DNA of 63,991 nucleotides, counting the filler, from Welwitschia mirabilis (lineage: Eukaryota): assembly GCA_051453625.1 (NCBI GenBank). It is 4 parts of one record of this genome, joined end to end, with 100 filler letters (N's around TTAATTAATTAA, not from the genome) between each part and the next. Parts side by side here need not be neighbours in the genome. Positions count along the whole stretch, not along the records: positions 1 to 31,671 come from JBOZIK010000001.1; 3 more parts are not named here. One strand, given 5' to 3'. A program made the position numbers and the translations under genes. Below, piece after piece: positions 1-14,040 of this stretch. The notes under the pieces are model-generated. The model did not search any database, was not told where the DNA came from, and saw nothing but the letters and a program-made list of their open reading frames with translations. Numbering within the stretch: position 1 is the stretch's first letter; every line of letters starts with the position of its first letter.

Positions 1-2204
1 AATGCATATAAGTTCTACTCTTTTTTTTAGACTAAAAAGTTGACAAATGTATAAGGGCATAATATTGACACTATCTCTAATATCTATCAAGCCTTCTTTA
101 TTCTATGGTTTCCCTCTAAAGTGACACTAACAGTTATTGCCCTGAGATCTTTAAACTTTGGACATTTTTGGCATAACAAATTGCTAACTATTTAAGCTAG
201 AAAAACTTTACTAGGAATGGTTATCTTTTTTTTCTTTTTATTAAGTCTTTAAATAGCCTAGAGTACCTTGGGTTTTCTTGCAAAAGTTTCCAAAATGGTA
301 AGTTGATGCTCACATTTTGTATTNNNNNNNNNNGAATACTTTAGTAGGAATGCTTCATTTTTTTTCTTCTTATTAGGTCTTTCCATAGCTTAGAGTATTT
401 GGGATTCTCTTGTAACAGTTTTCAAAAAGATAAGTTACTTACATTTTACATTGAGGCTTTCAAATAATCATCAAAGATGGAGTTTGTATTAAGCCTATCA
501 AGCCATGGAGTAGTAGGTTTATTTTGTAAAGGATCTTTCTTTTTATTGCTTAATGAAGAAGGGAAAAGATGGTTTTCTATGTCCTCTTCCTCATCATTCT
601 TATTACTCTTCCTCATCATTCTTGTTACTTTATGATGTTAAAGCCTCATGGGTAGAAGGGGTTCTGTCATTTCTACTTCTTGTCACCACCTCACAATCTT
701 TTCTTACTTTGTTAGGATTTGGTAAAGCTTGAGTGGAAAGAGACCCTTATGATCTTTGGTTGGCAAGCATAGTTTGTTATAAAATGCTCCCTAGGTTTTC
801 TATGTTGGTGTTTGTCTTTTCTTGTGTTTTTCGCAACTCTTCAATGGATTTCCTAAAAAGATCACTATGGTTTTGGAAGTTGAATGGGCTTCTCAAGTTA
901 TTTCAGTTGTTGAATTAAAAGTTTGAGTCCTCAACTCTATTATTGAAGGGTTAAAATCTAGGATGGTGTGTTTTAAAATTTTTAGAGTTTGGTTGTTTAC
1001 TTATCCTATGTTGAAATTTATTATGATTTTGGATTTGTCTTTGATTGTGATTTTGGTTGTAGTTCAAAGGTCTTTGGTTAAAGGCATAAACTTCCTCATA
1101 GATTTTCTCTTTGTAAGTGGAAAGTAAGGAACAATATTTTGTAACATGGTAGCTATCTTTACACAAATCAAAGGTCAGAGCTACAACTTCACTCTTCTTG
1201 GTTGCCACTTTAGCATCAACGATCATTTGGGTGTATTTCTCTAAGGTAGAGGTGAAATCCTTAATGATACTAGTTCTTTTATTTTTAGTTCTTATTTCAT
1301 TTCTCTCATGTTTTACCTCTTTTAGGTTTTTAATGATTTTGCCTATAGTTTGATTTTCTCTAGGTGAGGGTTTTGACTCACTTCTATTAAATATTCCATC
1401 ACTTTTTAAGCATCATCTAGGGTTTGGATCAACAATTTACTTCCATAAGAAAAATATACAAGTTGCTTTGTATAAATATTTAATCTACTATAAAAATAAT
1501 CAACTAGTTCTACTTGTAAAAAGGCATTTATAGGATTCAAATGTAAAGCAACAAAGAATATCTCATAGGCAGAGGCATAATCTTCATTAGGAATTTGTTA
1601 AAAGTTGGTGACTTCTTTCTTATGCTTCTAGATGTGGTTTCACTCATGAATCTCTTAATGAAGACTTTTTGAACTTGACTTCAAGATTTTAGACTTTTAT
1701 AAGGAACCGTTCTAAGCCATGGTTTTACTTTATCTCTCAAAGTGATGAAAAAGATGACCATGTAGGTTCTATCACTTATATGTTTTTTAACATTTTCAGA
1801 AGTAAGATCAAGTTGTTCTATATCAGTGATGTGTTGTAAAGGATCTTTATCGGGTTCTCCACTAAAGGTGGGATAAGCATTTAGATTCAAGAGTTATATA
1901 TTAATACTAGGAGGTAAGTCAAAAGGAGTTTGAATTTTGCATTTCTTATTCACTATAAGATCTCTAAGAGTGACATGGGTATTAACAAGAGAAGAAGTGG
2001 TAATGGGGTTCTAATGATAAGGAATGGATTTGGTGAGATAGGTTGTTTAAGCTTTTGGACTAAGGTAGACATGGTAGAAAAATCAGACTCTGCAGAAATA
2101 AAAGAGGAAATTGTATGAATTTGAAGATATTGCATACCTTTGCTATTTTTACCTATTTCAGTTTCTAAATTTATCAAACTTTCTCTGATATTTTTAGCAA
2201 ACAA
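1..2204 (-). pseudogene. gag: Athila-type gag and aspartic protease pseudogene (stops and frameshifts)
   Basis: Retrotrans_gag-like F-x-G...DP-x-x-H and L-x-D-K-x-K-x-W-L motifs; D-x-G-A-S-V-N-like protease motif near the window start. Confidence 0.8.
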
Positions 2205-2696
2205 TAGCCGTTTTCTCTGGTATTTTTATTTCTTATTAGATTTTATCATTAATGCTCAGTCTGAGATGTGTAAAGTGTCATTCCTATCATCATTTGATGA
2301 TATCCTAGATGATAGAAGCACACCACAAAAAAAAAGAAAAAAAAAAGAAGAACACATAAATGAAATACGAACTCCGACAAAAAAATCAGAAAATAAACTA
2401 TCGTCCACCTAAGTCATCTGGACGACAAAAGGAATGATGGGATAAAACCCTAAAAAGTTTTAACAGAACACTAAAATAGAAAACTCATATTACAAAGGCT
2501 GTAATCACTGCACATTGTCTAGATGATGAAGCTGAAAAATAGACTTTGATCTAAAAAACAAAAAAAGTAACTCTACAAAAATGGAAAAATTAAGCTACTA
2601 CAGATATTGATACACCCCTTTTGCAGTAAGCATCTAAACAAAAATACTTATCGAAGCAACTACAATTCTTGAACTCCAAATAGCCTTTCCCAATAA

Positions 2697-3780
2697 TGTA
2701 TTTATGCAATGTTTACATCTTGAGTAGACTCTTGTTAATCACAAATAATCATGCACAAACACAACATAGTAATATAGACAGGAGTTGACACGAATATTGT
2801 AAACCATTGAAGGCCAAAGTAGGAATAAGAGGATTACTTTGAAAAGAGAAATGCTTGTATCCTAATCTATAGAAATCACTTGCAATGCATGAAAGAAAAT
2901 AAAATACACTTGTGCAAAGATAATCTAGAAAAAGGAAACAATAATGCACTTAAACTAAGCTAACCAAGCTCAACTTGATAAAGGTTGCCCTCATAACCTA
3001 TATGCTAAGAGAAACTATTATTAGATCTCAAGCAACATAAGCTATGAGGGAGAGAAACACTCACATATTAAAGCATAAAAAGGAAATGTTTTTTTATTAA
3101 TAATTGAACTGCATCCATGTTATAAAGTAGCCACATCTCAATGGAGGAAATGCTACCTAATACTAAGGAAACATCTCTCTGAAACTATAGGATGGATCTC
3201 TAGCCCTTCAATCTCCTATCATAACAATTTTAGATGTAAAGAAAGACAAGTAGGATTTGAACAAGAGATCTCTATTTATTGACTAAAGACATAAAGTAGC
3301 ATAGGTAAAAAGGCATGGGTAAACCATAACGGCCACAAAAAGAGGAAACAGAAAAACAAGTGATGAAAGTTTGGTAAATGTTTGATACAAACATTACAAT
3401 AGTATCATTTAGCTTATCATCTGAATGATAAAAGAGATGATGCCATCTCATAGTCAATCCACATTAGCTACCAGTTAGACCGTAGTTAGCATTTAGTTGG
3501 CATGGTTTTCTGTACGATCGTCTGAAAAATGAGATGGACAATGGGCTTTAATAATTCATTAGCCATTATATTAGCCTCAACGTTTGTAGGAAATTATCTT
3601 CAGAAATACAAAGTAATCATATTTGTTCATAATGCTTGTGAATTATCATGGAGATTGCATATTTTCATCTTTTAAAACTTAGCTTCTCATTATCACCAAA
3701 ACCAAGCATTTACCTTTCTATTTACCTATAAGAAAAACTTAGAATACCCTATCAAATATGCATAAGTTGGTTGTGCAATA
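2697..3780 (-). repeat. LTR family A (Athila-type), 5' LTR of the leftmost element
   Basis: Reverse complement starts 'tattgcacaaccaacttatgcatatttgatagggtattct', matching the 47058 copy 'tgttgtgccgccaacttacgtgtatttgatagggtattct'. It ends '...ttgcataaataca' with the terminus eroded. Confidence 0.8.
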
Positions 3781-5186
3781 GTATTTCAAAGTTACTTATG
3801 TACTGTTTTATAACAAATGCTTAGGACTTGATCATTCATTTAGTTTTCGTATTAACTTTTATTTTTATTTGTACTTTTTCTTTAGAGAAGTTAATTTTCT
3901 TTTAAGCAAATAATGTTTTCTTATTTTATGATGTTAATTTTTCCCATATATTCTTTCATTTTCTTTTTAAATTTAGTTCTTTAATTTTCTTTTTTTGGTT
4001 TTGATGCATCTACTAATATTTTTTAATGATTATGAGTTCATAGCACATTTCCTAGTCTTCCTTAAATTGGTTCATTCACCTCCTTTATCATGCCTTATTT
4101 ATCATGATTCTTAGCATCTTTAAGATGCTTTAATACCTTTCTGAAACCTCCCTAATACTATTTAAGCTTAACTTATTCTACTAATACTTCAAATTTTTTT
4201 GATCTTTTATAAAGCCCTGTCATCCTGTATGTCATTCACATGACACAGGAAGATGAAGCTTCAATATTTACTAAGGTGCATCATTTTCATATTACATTTT
4301 TTCAATTAAATCTGACCCTTATCTTCATGTATGAAATACTACTCCTAGGATCACCTATTTTGCTTACTTGTACTTAACTTGCATATTAATTTTTTTCCTT
4401 CTTATGTTAATGTAATACGGGACATACTAATTTACTTGTGGGGGGTAGTACATATATTTTGAGATATTTTGAGAAAAAATTTTAAATTTTTGAGGTCATT
4501 TTTACATTTTTATAAGACATATGTGTAGTATACTAATCTAATTCTAATTTCCTATTATTTGAGTGATACACATTATGGATTTTTTTTTACTAAGTCATAT
4601 ACTTAACAGCAGAATACTTGTGTTTTGTTTTATTTATAGGAATAATACAAGCAATTCATGAGATCATAGATGAAGGGAATAATGTTATGATTGATTATTT
4701 TTNNNNNNNNNNAACTCAAATGTTTGATTTATGAATACCATTTTTTAGTCATCACTCTTTTTATTATATACACACATTATTTAGCTAAGTTATTATGGTT
4801 ATATCTTATGATGATTATTTTTGTTATGACATTCAAGTTATATCTTTTTAATGTATTAAATATTTTAAGTGGGTCGCTAATGCACTATTAAGTGTTTTGA
4901 TCTTGTTTTCTAATGATCATACTTGTAGATATTTATTCTACAAAATAGATTTTTAAGAGCTTGACATCCCCATTATTATTTGGATGACATACTAGATGAT
5001 ACCATAGTCACATTATATACCAGTAAAACATTCAATTTATTTGATTTTAAATATTTGATTTTGCATAATGAAAATTCTAAAGTTAATTTACACATCCCTA
5101 GTTAATGTTTATCTTAGCTAATTTGGCTCATAATTATAGTTGTTTACCAACTTTGTTAGGGACTGACAAGGCTAATTATAGGGCTA

Positions 5187-6431
5187 TGTTGCAATGCCAA
5201 ATTGTATGTTTTTGATGGGGTATTTTAAGTAGTTTTGTAGGACATTTAGAAAGGTTTAAATAGAAAATAATGATTATTAAGAGTTAAGGAGAAAATCATA
5301 GAAATGCATAATTATTAGTACATTTGAAGTCATTTTGGATCAATTATAATACTTCATATTTTAAGGAGAAATTAATGTTCTACAAAGACAAATTTACTTG
5401 ATTAAAAAATTGAAGAAGTATATTATACCCTCCATTGTATAGATGACCACCTAGACAATACCACTTGGAAGATAACTAGGATGCTGAATAGACTACCATG
5501 AAGGCTAAATATAGAACTCTCTTGAGATGGCATCATCCCTGCCATCATCTGAATGACTAGAATAATGATACCTAACTTTAATCAATGTATCAAACTTATG
5601 TAATGTATCATGTGCTTTTCATGCAACATTAGAATTTTGGTTGCATATATTAGATGTGTTATTTTTAAGTTTGTTATTGTTAATAAATACTGCCTTCTCC
5701 CTTAACTCTGATCATCTTCTTTAGCATAAAAAATTCTTATGACAAGAGATGAAAGTACAAAAGATTCATTTGTTAGTTATAGAGAGGAGTTTCCTTGATG
5801 TTGGGCTATGTCTCTTTTATTGAGGTGCTACTACTTTGTAACAGGATGTTGGTTTGACTTTTAATGAAAATCTTCTTTTAGTTTATATATGCATGTACAT
5901 GTCCCTTATGGCTTATGTTGATTATGATTTTGTAACATAGTTTTATAATTGATATAGATACCAAGGATAACCTCTGTCAATGTTGGAATTATTAGTTTAG
6001 GATTTTTATTGCACTGCATTTTATATTTCCTAAGCTTAATCATTGCATATTTTCCATATTCTCTTCGATGTACTTGATAGCCTAGGTTGATTAGAGTTGG
6101 TAATAGTTTCCTTAATTGATCTATATTACACAGGGTTATTCTTGATGATAAAGATTTAGTAGTTAAATAGATCTTGAGTTTAGAGTAGTTTACATTTGTA
6201 TTTCATAGTGTGTTTATCTTCTTGAATTATTCTTTTCATTTTGAACCTAAAAAGAAAAAAACTAAAAATACATTACTTAAATCAATTCTCTAGTTTCAAG
6301 CCTAGTCCTTCAATGAATTACAATATTCAGGTTACCTCTCATCTATATTAATGTGTTGTGTTTGCGCAAGTATTTTCCATTAATAGAATTTGATAAAGGA
6401 CATAACAATTTCATAAATATGCACCACAATA
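5187..6431 (+). repeat. LTR family A, 3' LTR of a plus-strand Athila-type element whose 3' non-coding region occupies about 3781-5186
   Basis: Starts 'tgttgcaatgccaaattgtatgtttttgatgggg' and ends 'ataaatatgcaccacaata'. It is preceded by 'ttagggactgacaaggctaattatagggcta', the same PPT-region motif seen before the 3' LTR at 39095. Confidence 0.8.
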
Positions 6432-7505
6432 TACCTATAAATATTTCTTTACTTACTCTAGTTCAGGCTAAGAAGATCAATTTCTACATATGGGTAAGAC
6501 TATTCTACCCTCCTATCTCTATGAAACCTTGTCATTTTTTTCTAATGTCACATAGCTTCTAAGTATGATAAGATTCCTTCTAAATGTTTATCATTCACTA
6601 CCTAAATCTTTAACATTCCCATTAATAGTAAAATACTAATTTATAATAAACTAAGATTGTCTGACACTTACTATTATATTATCATTTCATTAGTTCAAGG
6701 AAATAATTTCAATGGGTAAGAGTTTTAGAAATAAATCTTGTTACAGTCAAAATTTGAAATACTTAATGTCCTTTATCAACATGTAGAGGTTACATGAAGA
6801 TATTAGCTCAGACTATCAAGTTTAAAAACTAACAACTTTTTAAATTCCAGAATTACCCATACATCTAATTAGGTAGAAACTTATTTTTCATCCTTACAGT
6901 ATGTTGATATGTGTTCTTATAGATACATGCACAAGTTTTGCATACCAAAAAAAAAATTGTATTACTTGCTCTGTAAACTACATTAGTCCAACTAAGTACC
7001 ATGTGTCTCCATGCAAAATTTGCACACTACATGCATTCAGAAACCCTCCAAAATACTGACTTTATTATTTTCTCATTATCACTTTTTGCCTTGTATTACA
7101 TTTAGTTTTAGCTCCACATTTTCTTGCATTTCACAAGGAACTATTGTGCTTCCATGATGAAATTTCTGAATGAGTTGAAATACTCTATGTCCTCTAGGAA
7201 CTAAGGTAAGGTTCTTCTAATAGAAATGAACTTCCTCCTCCCCTCCCTTCACATAAAATGTATTGTATTTTCTTTTTGTATTTTTATTCTTAAATCTCTC
7301 ATTATTGGCTAACCTATTTACTTTTAGTTTTTCATAGTAAATCTTTCTTTTTTTTTGAGAAAGGGTCTACTAGTAGAAAAATATTTCCTAGTTTTTTTGC
7401 CCCTTCTTCTCACAAACATATACTTTTTTCTCTTTTTCAATATGTGTGCATTTAGCTTTATTATTACAAAGATCAATGTAGGAAACTAATAACTCTGATA
7501 AATTG
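6432..7505 (-). mobile_element. Very old Ty1/copia remnant (protease / GAG-pre-integrase region), possible PBS at about 7491-7503
   Basis: Minus-strand traces 'LDS..HVT' (about 6790-6825), 'IIVSVRQ' (about 6660-6680) and a degenerate H-I...M-T-R-F segment (about 6520-6560). 'aactctgataaa' resembles the reverse complement of the Met-i PBS tggtatcagag. Confidence 0.35.
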
Positions 7506-7559
7506 AAAATAATTAAATCTCACTAGGTTCCAACTTTTAAAACTTATAGCAATCATTTA

Positions 7560-9700
7560 TACATAAACCCAGGGTTAACGAAGGTTTGGGATAGATGCAC
7601 TAGAGTGTTAGTATGCCCTTACAAAGCTCAAGAAGAGGAAATTACATTGTATGCAAGAGAACAAATCATAGAAAGTTACAACAATTTAGAAACTGCAGAG
7701 TAAAGAAGGGATTTCAAAGCCTAAAAAGAAAAATCTTTCAAGAAATGCTAAGTAATTATAATGAAGTTAAAAGAAAAGAAAATGTCAACTAAGAAATTGA
7801 GGAAGCAAAAACATGTAGAGAAAGAAGAAAAGTCTAGGAAAAAATTAAAAGAATAGATAATGGAAGAAGTGGTAGCATCTGAGTTATTGTCTCAGAGATG
7901 GACTACTAATTAATATGAAGATTTTGAAAAATTCCTAATACAAATGTTTAGACAATCAATCCAAAGTTAATTGCTTGATTCAGTCTTTGAACATAAGTGA
8001 TTTAAAAATAGGAAAGATATATTAAAGGTAAATATGAAGATAGATAAGGAGTTTAAGGGTAAGTAGGTATAGAGTTTTCCAAAACTAGAACTAAAGGATA
8101 AACCCAGAAGGGAACTAGAGAGAGGTAGCAAGAAAAAGAATATGAAAATGAGTAGTTAGTGACTAAAGATTTGGATCATTCCTTTGATTCTTCTCAACCT
8201 ATCAGTAAAAGGATTAGGAGAAGAAAATATTTCCCTAGAAGTGAAGCAAAGAAGGTTGATAGCACTACTATCATTTAAGAATAAGTCATAAGTTAGTAGA
8301 TATTTGAGAGTAATTTTTAATAAAGACTGCTAAACCATTAGACTTTGAGCACCTGTCTAATACGAAATAATAGGGGATGTCAAAAGGAAAAGAATAAAAT
8401 AAAAATTAGACCAAGGAAAAAGCCTAGAAAATATATAAGAAAATAAAAGTATGAACTACTAGTTAGAAGCAAAAGTAAACTAAGAAAGTTGACTAAAGCA
8501 ATAGTTATAGAAGAGGCATTAGCCCCTGTGGGAAGAAGTTCTAAGACCAAAGCTACAAGACAGTTAAGGACATAGGTTATGATAAAAAATTAACTTAAAA
8601 TATAGGAATGACTAGAACATGAGCATGAACAGCATGAAATAGAATAAGAAAAATCTTTATTACTTGAAGTAGATATGATTGTACAAGTTCGATATAGAAG
8701 TTAATAGCATTGACTGATGAACAAAAGTTAAATCTCATGGATATGATTGAATGAACTTATATAGAATGAATTAATATGTTACATTTATTTCTCTAGCTCT
8801 TTCTAGTTATTTATGATAGGATTAAAAGTTTGAGATTTGATTATTTGGTCTCTTGTTAAAGCAAGTACTTCCCTTAAGAAGTCAAATAATTTTATGCTAT
8901 GGTCAAACTATTGCTAGTGATGTAGAGGATGTTCTTTGTCTTTTATTAATGATGTCCAAGTTGGAATTGATCTTAAGATCATTTGATAAGTTACAAGAGT
9001 ACCATATGAAAATGTTCCTATTTAGGAGGAGAACCATAAAGCAGAAAATAGGAGAAGGGTTGTTATTACAGCAAAAATAAAGGTATCTTAAAAGCTCATA
9101 CATTAGAAATAGTAGGGGGATGGAAGTAGAATATGTTAAACCTAACTTATAGAATTTTATTGTAGGGGTTAACCAAACATTTATCTGGAGTATCACAAAT
9201 GTTTTAGACAACTAATTATTATGTGGAATTATGTGTGGAAATTTAGATGGTTTGTGGGTAATTCTTACCACATTTTATTTTCAAGAGAATAAAGAAAACT
9301 ATTGGATCCTAGAAATTAAATCATCTTCCTTTGTCTTGTTTGATTCATAAAATCTGATGTTATCAAAATCTTCGTAGTTCATAAGTGGTACAATATTTTT
9401 AAAATTATAAGTTAAATGGTTACTTATTAGAGGTATTTAAACTTAATGTAGATGGTATAAAAAAATACATTGCTCTAAGGAGAGTATGAGTAATCTTAAC
9501 TTAGGCTATTAACAATCAACAATCATGAATTACAAAGAAATCCAAGGAAATTAAAGAGCTATAAAATTTTTTAATTAAGAACTTAACACAGGTTAAATTC
9601 TCTATGGATTAGTATGCAAAAATATTTAATCATCAGGTAGGGTTAATTAAAAGCGTGATAGCTAAGATTACTACACTAAAGGAAGAAATCCATTTTTTTT
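7560..9700 (+). pseudogene. Degenerate purine-rich coding remnant, probably an accessory ORF of an LTR retrotransposon
   Basis: Long Glu/Lys-codon-rich stretch broken by many stops, including short ORF 8853-9080. No motif I can name with confidence. Confidence 0.3.
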
Positions 9701-10859
9701 CACATGAGCTAGATTAGTAGCTCTTTCAATGGTCAATTTAGTCTAGATCAAATATTGAATTTCATGAGTCCTAGGAGATGAGTTGATAGGAACTATCAAG
9801 AGATAGGTGAAGGGTTGTATTGGAGCTTAGGTTTATACACTTTTTATATTTTTTTATGTCTAATTAGTGATATTTAAAATCATGTTAATAAATCATCATT
9901 TTGTTTTGTATGTGACTAAAGTAAAGATTTAATGTCTTTTTGTTATATGCTATTTTACATGAGACTTACATATGCAAATGTTATACAAAGTATATCTAAA
10001 AGTAGTTTTACTAGAGACACCTGGTAGATAGTGATTAGCCATGAGTTCAAGTCATCTTGTTTGTTAAAACCTAACATTTTTTAAGGGATAATGACATGAT
10101 GTAATCATTCTTAATCTTTTGACACTTCTTGGATGACAGGAAAGGAGGAGTTAATAAGAATCCTTATTTCAAGAATCCATGATCTTGTTCTTTATTCTAT
10201 TATTTTTATAGTGCTCTATTTTTTTATCCTGTTTATTAGAAAGTTCTTGAATTCAAGGAAGTAAGTACCTAGATTCCATTAATGTTAATCATAGTAGCTT
10301 AGTGGAATTTTTATTTCTATTTATTTTATGTACTTCATTAGTGATAACTCTATAGGTTTTTACTTATCCATTTATTCATAATGAAGTAAGACTTATATAG
10401 TAGTCTTTGTTACAATAGGAAATATACATTGCTATTAGTTTAATGATTATTTAGCTTAGGATTAAGAGTCTAAATAAAAGTTAAAAACTTAATCTAATCG
10501 TACTAAATTTTTCATGCTATAAATGTGGTACATATAATTATAGAAAATTCATTTAGAACATCTTAATTATGTTAACTCCATAGAAAGGACAACTAGAAAT
10601 GAAAAGTAAATCTTAATACAATAGGACAATACTAGCAAAGCCATAAAGATGATCCTTATTCAAATACCTATAACTCTATAATCATCCAAATTTAGCATGA
10701 AAATATGATAATAATCATAACCATACTTCAATTAGTTAACTTAAGATTTCTTTTCTTCATCTTTTCATCCTTACCCTTCATCTTCAAATTAGCCCTGATC
10801 ATTAAACAACTTGAAAGAAACACTAAAAGGCTTCATATGGTTTCAAACTCAAATTAATC

Positions 10860-11690
10860 ATTAAAAATTTTCCACCTTGCAAACCTCAAATAACAAATAC
10901 AACAACTTAATTAAACCACAACTCATATCCTTTCTTTCCTTAATCATTAAAAATAAAGAAAACTCCCTATGAGTCCTAAACTGAATCCTAGAGGTACTAA
11001 GGTAGTAGAAGAACTTAAAACTAGTTACATTAAGGAAATCAAGGTTATCCATCTTACAATTGGAAAAGAGATAAACTATGGATTAGAACAAAATAAAACT
11101 TACAAAAATACCACACCCACAAAAAACAATAAGGAAAAAGAAGTAGTGGAGGAAATTGAAAAGCCTATACCCACTTATAAAAAATTTCTATCATTTTCTC
11201 AAAAATTTAGATATGATAATATTATGAAGAAATAACTAGAGATCTTATAAATTTTTAAAGAAGTTGAAATTAACATGTCTCTCTTAGAAGTCATAACACA
11301 AGTGCCTTCTTACACTAAATTCTTTAAAGATATGTGCATTATTAAGAGATAAATGAATGTTAAGAGAAAGGATATTTTAGCTTACTAGGGGATATTAATA
11401 TCATGAACTTACTAGGGGATATTAATGAAGTTAATTTTGTTGATGAAATTAATAATGAACCTGATGAGCTTGAATCTTCTCCTTGTGAACAGAACATTTC
11501 CCATTCTCATTCTTTAAATTCTAATTTTGAGAATAACTTATTTTTGCTTTAAAGCCACTTGTTAATGAGAAACATGTTTATTTTAATGTTTTTTAAGAAT
11601 TATTAGAAAAGCATAAGAGAGCCATAGGATGGACTTTTACTGATCTTACAGGTTTAAATCCTAATGTTTGCACTTCCTAGTCTTTTCATG
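10860..11690 (+). pseudogene. Athila-type gag C-terminus and linker fused to a short RT N-terminal remnant (protease and most of pol missing)
   Basis: 'IFKEVEINMSLLEVITQVPSYTKFFKDMC' (about 11250-11340) matches the Athila gag-pol linker INIPLL-x-A-x-x-QVP-x-YAKFLKDL. 'EKHKRAIGWTFTDLTGLNPNVC' (about 11605-11672) matches the pre-RT motif HK-x-AIGWT-x-x-D-x-x-G. Confidence 0.75.
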
Positions 11691-14040
11691 AAAACATTGT
11701 CTTTCTTATACCATCATTCGATCATCACTCTCTTCATTTTAATCCTAATGGTTATTATATTTCTAAGTTTTTCCCCTCACATTCCATTAGAAGACCTCAT
11801 TTTGAGAATATCTTAGCCTTGAATTGGTTAAATCATTTCATTAAAAAATAAATTTTACCGAAGTATGCTTATTTCATAGAAGATACTAAACATTATCAAC
11901 TATTAACCATCTCCTTAAGCTTTTTCATTCACCCATTCTATTTTTAAATAACCCCATTAAGCCGACAAACTATCCATCCCTTCCATTCACTTATACTTTT
12001 TTTAGGCTTAATGACTATGGTTATTGGCCATTAATAATTAATAATAAGTTACTTATTAGTCACTCCAAGTTTTGGTTGAGATTAGGTCCACTTATAATTT
12101 TTTGAGAGAAAATTATGTTTATTTTGGGTTATGTTATGAATGTTTACATTCACTTGATGTCTTCAATTTGGGAAAAGAAAAAGGATGAAAATGTTGAAAT
12201 TCTGCTTTCATGTTGTATCCTCAGTTTAAAAGCATTCATGAGGATAAGATTATTTATTAGTTAGGATAGTGAGATAATGACTTCTCTTATGTGCATAAAA
12301 ATGTATATGAGAAGTAGAATCAAAAGAAAAATAAAATATCTTTTCCAAAAGCACATTTTTATTTTGGATTAGTTTATTGGATTTAGTTAGCTACATCAGG
12401 GCTATGGACACATGCTAGCAATGTAGTTCTAACAATCTACTTATGACACATTTAACTATATCAGGGCTATAAATTTTCACTAGTAATGCAACATTGATTT
12501 CTTCAAGAACAAAATGCCTAACTCTATTAAAATAAAAGTGTCATAATACTATATGCTTAATAAGATCAAAATACTTAAAATAAAGTACACATTGTTGTAG
12601 AAGAAAAAGTTGGAAAGAAAAATGTAGGAATTAAAATTTTTTGGTGTTTTACTTTCTTTAATAATTGTACATAAATTTTCATTACTACTCTTGGATTTTT
12701 ATAAATTTAGCTAATTAATACCTTACTTGTATGATAATTAGATGCAAATAATTTTAAAAATCATAAAAATTTTAATAAACAAGGCCATTTTCTTAGGTAA
12801 TTTACCTTTTTTGTTCGTAAGTTATAATGTTTTCATTTGTGTTACCATTTTTCATTTCACATCCATTCACATTACCATCTTTACCTCATCCCCATTCTAT
12901 AAGAAAGCACACAAGATAAGAAAATTTGAATTATTGGCAAGAAGAGATTGGTTGAAAATTGTAGATAGTAATTTCTCATCAGTTAGCTTTAGATTAAACA
13001 TTTTAGTATAGTTTTTTTGCTTTGCATTTTTCACTTTTCTAGTTTCAATAAATGATATGTAGTGAAGTATCTTCTTTCTAAGGTTGTATTAGCTTGTTTT
13101 CAAATTCCACATTTGTTTTTTCTATCTTTTCAAACTTTGAAGACAAAGATTAATTTTGATTAGGGCATATGCAATTCACATTTTTCAAAGAAATTTTTAA
13201 TTTTAATGCCTTATTTTTTAAAAATTAGCCAAAAAGTTTCAAAGTCTTCATTTTTTTTACATTACACTTGAACATTTTCTTGAGAAAGATTTTCATGTTA
13301 ATCATTCGTTTTCATAATTTTTGCTACGGAACTAGTAAAAGTTTGATTAGGATATATGATAACATGTAAAAATTGACATTTATCTTAAGTATATTAGGTA
13401 AATTTAGCATAAGTGAAAACATTACTTTAACTATTTTACCATAAAAAATGTCTTCTATCCTTTTTTATGCCATATGTGAATTTATGTTTTTATTCATAAT
13501 GTTTTAAGGTTTTTAGCCATATTTTGAAATACATGTCTAGATATGAATCCAACTCTATATAAAACAATGGATGTTCTAGAGACATGTGGTGATCGCACTA
13601 ATTGGTGGAAGAATATGGTTCCACGGCTTATGTGCCAGACTCCATGATAATCCACATTATTTTTAGAATTAGGGCCAAGTTGATGATAGAATTTAGACAT
13701 TTCACCAAACATTACAAGACAATCAACCACTCCACCAAATGTTATAAGATGAATATTTCAACCACTTTATCAAATGCTACAAGATGAATTTAAACCACTT
13801 CACCTCAGATAAAATATCAAGGAACTCCAATTACCCCAACTCTAACATACTCTATAAAAAGTCCTAAGTGCCTCACTTTTTAATCATCATTAACATTGAA
13901 AAAAATTCATTTTTGGAGCAGGGAATCTTATAGCATGTTGTCCTTAGTTTTTCCTTTAGAAATAGCCTAGTTGAGATCATGATGTTTCTTTTTCAAGATT
14001 GAGTTTCTTTCATTGATATACTATGTAGTTTCTTTATTAC

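Larger units (their letters stand above)
1..3780 (-). mobile_element. Ty3/gypsy (Athila-type) LTR retrotransposon, 5' part (LTR, leader, gag, protease), degenerate, runs off the left edge
   Basis: Minus-strand gag motif 'YPTFSGEPDKDPLQHI...FFITLRDKVKPWLRTVPYKSLKS' (ORF 1681-1890). Protease-like 'ALIDIRDSVNIMPL' near 50-100. Family-A LTR at about 2697-3780. Bases 1-450 resemble the gag-protease region at about 63640-63940. Confidence 0.85.

Noticed and set aside
198-455. Diverged duplication of about 120 bp of gag linker around a 10-N gap
   Set aside because: Probably a join between two paralogous copies at a contig boundary; cannot be supported as a real duplication.
12880-13900. Possible TATA plus spliced gene or env-like ORF remnant before element B
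   Set aside because: No recognisable motif or consistent frame; probably gypsy 3' region DNA but too decayed to call.
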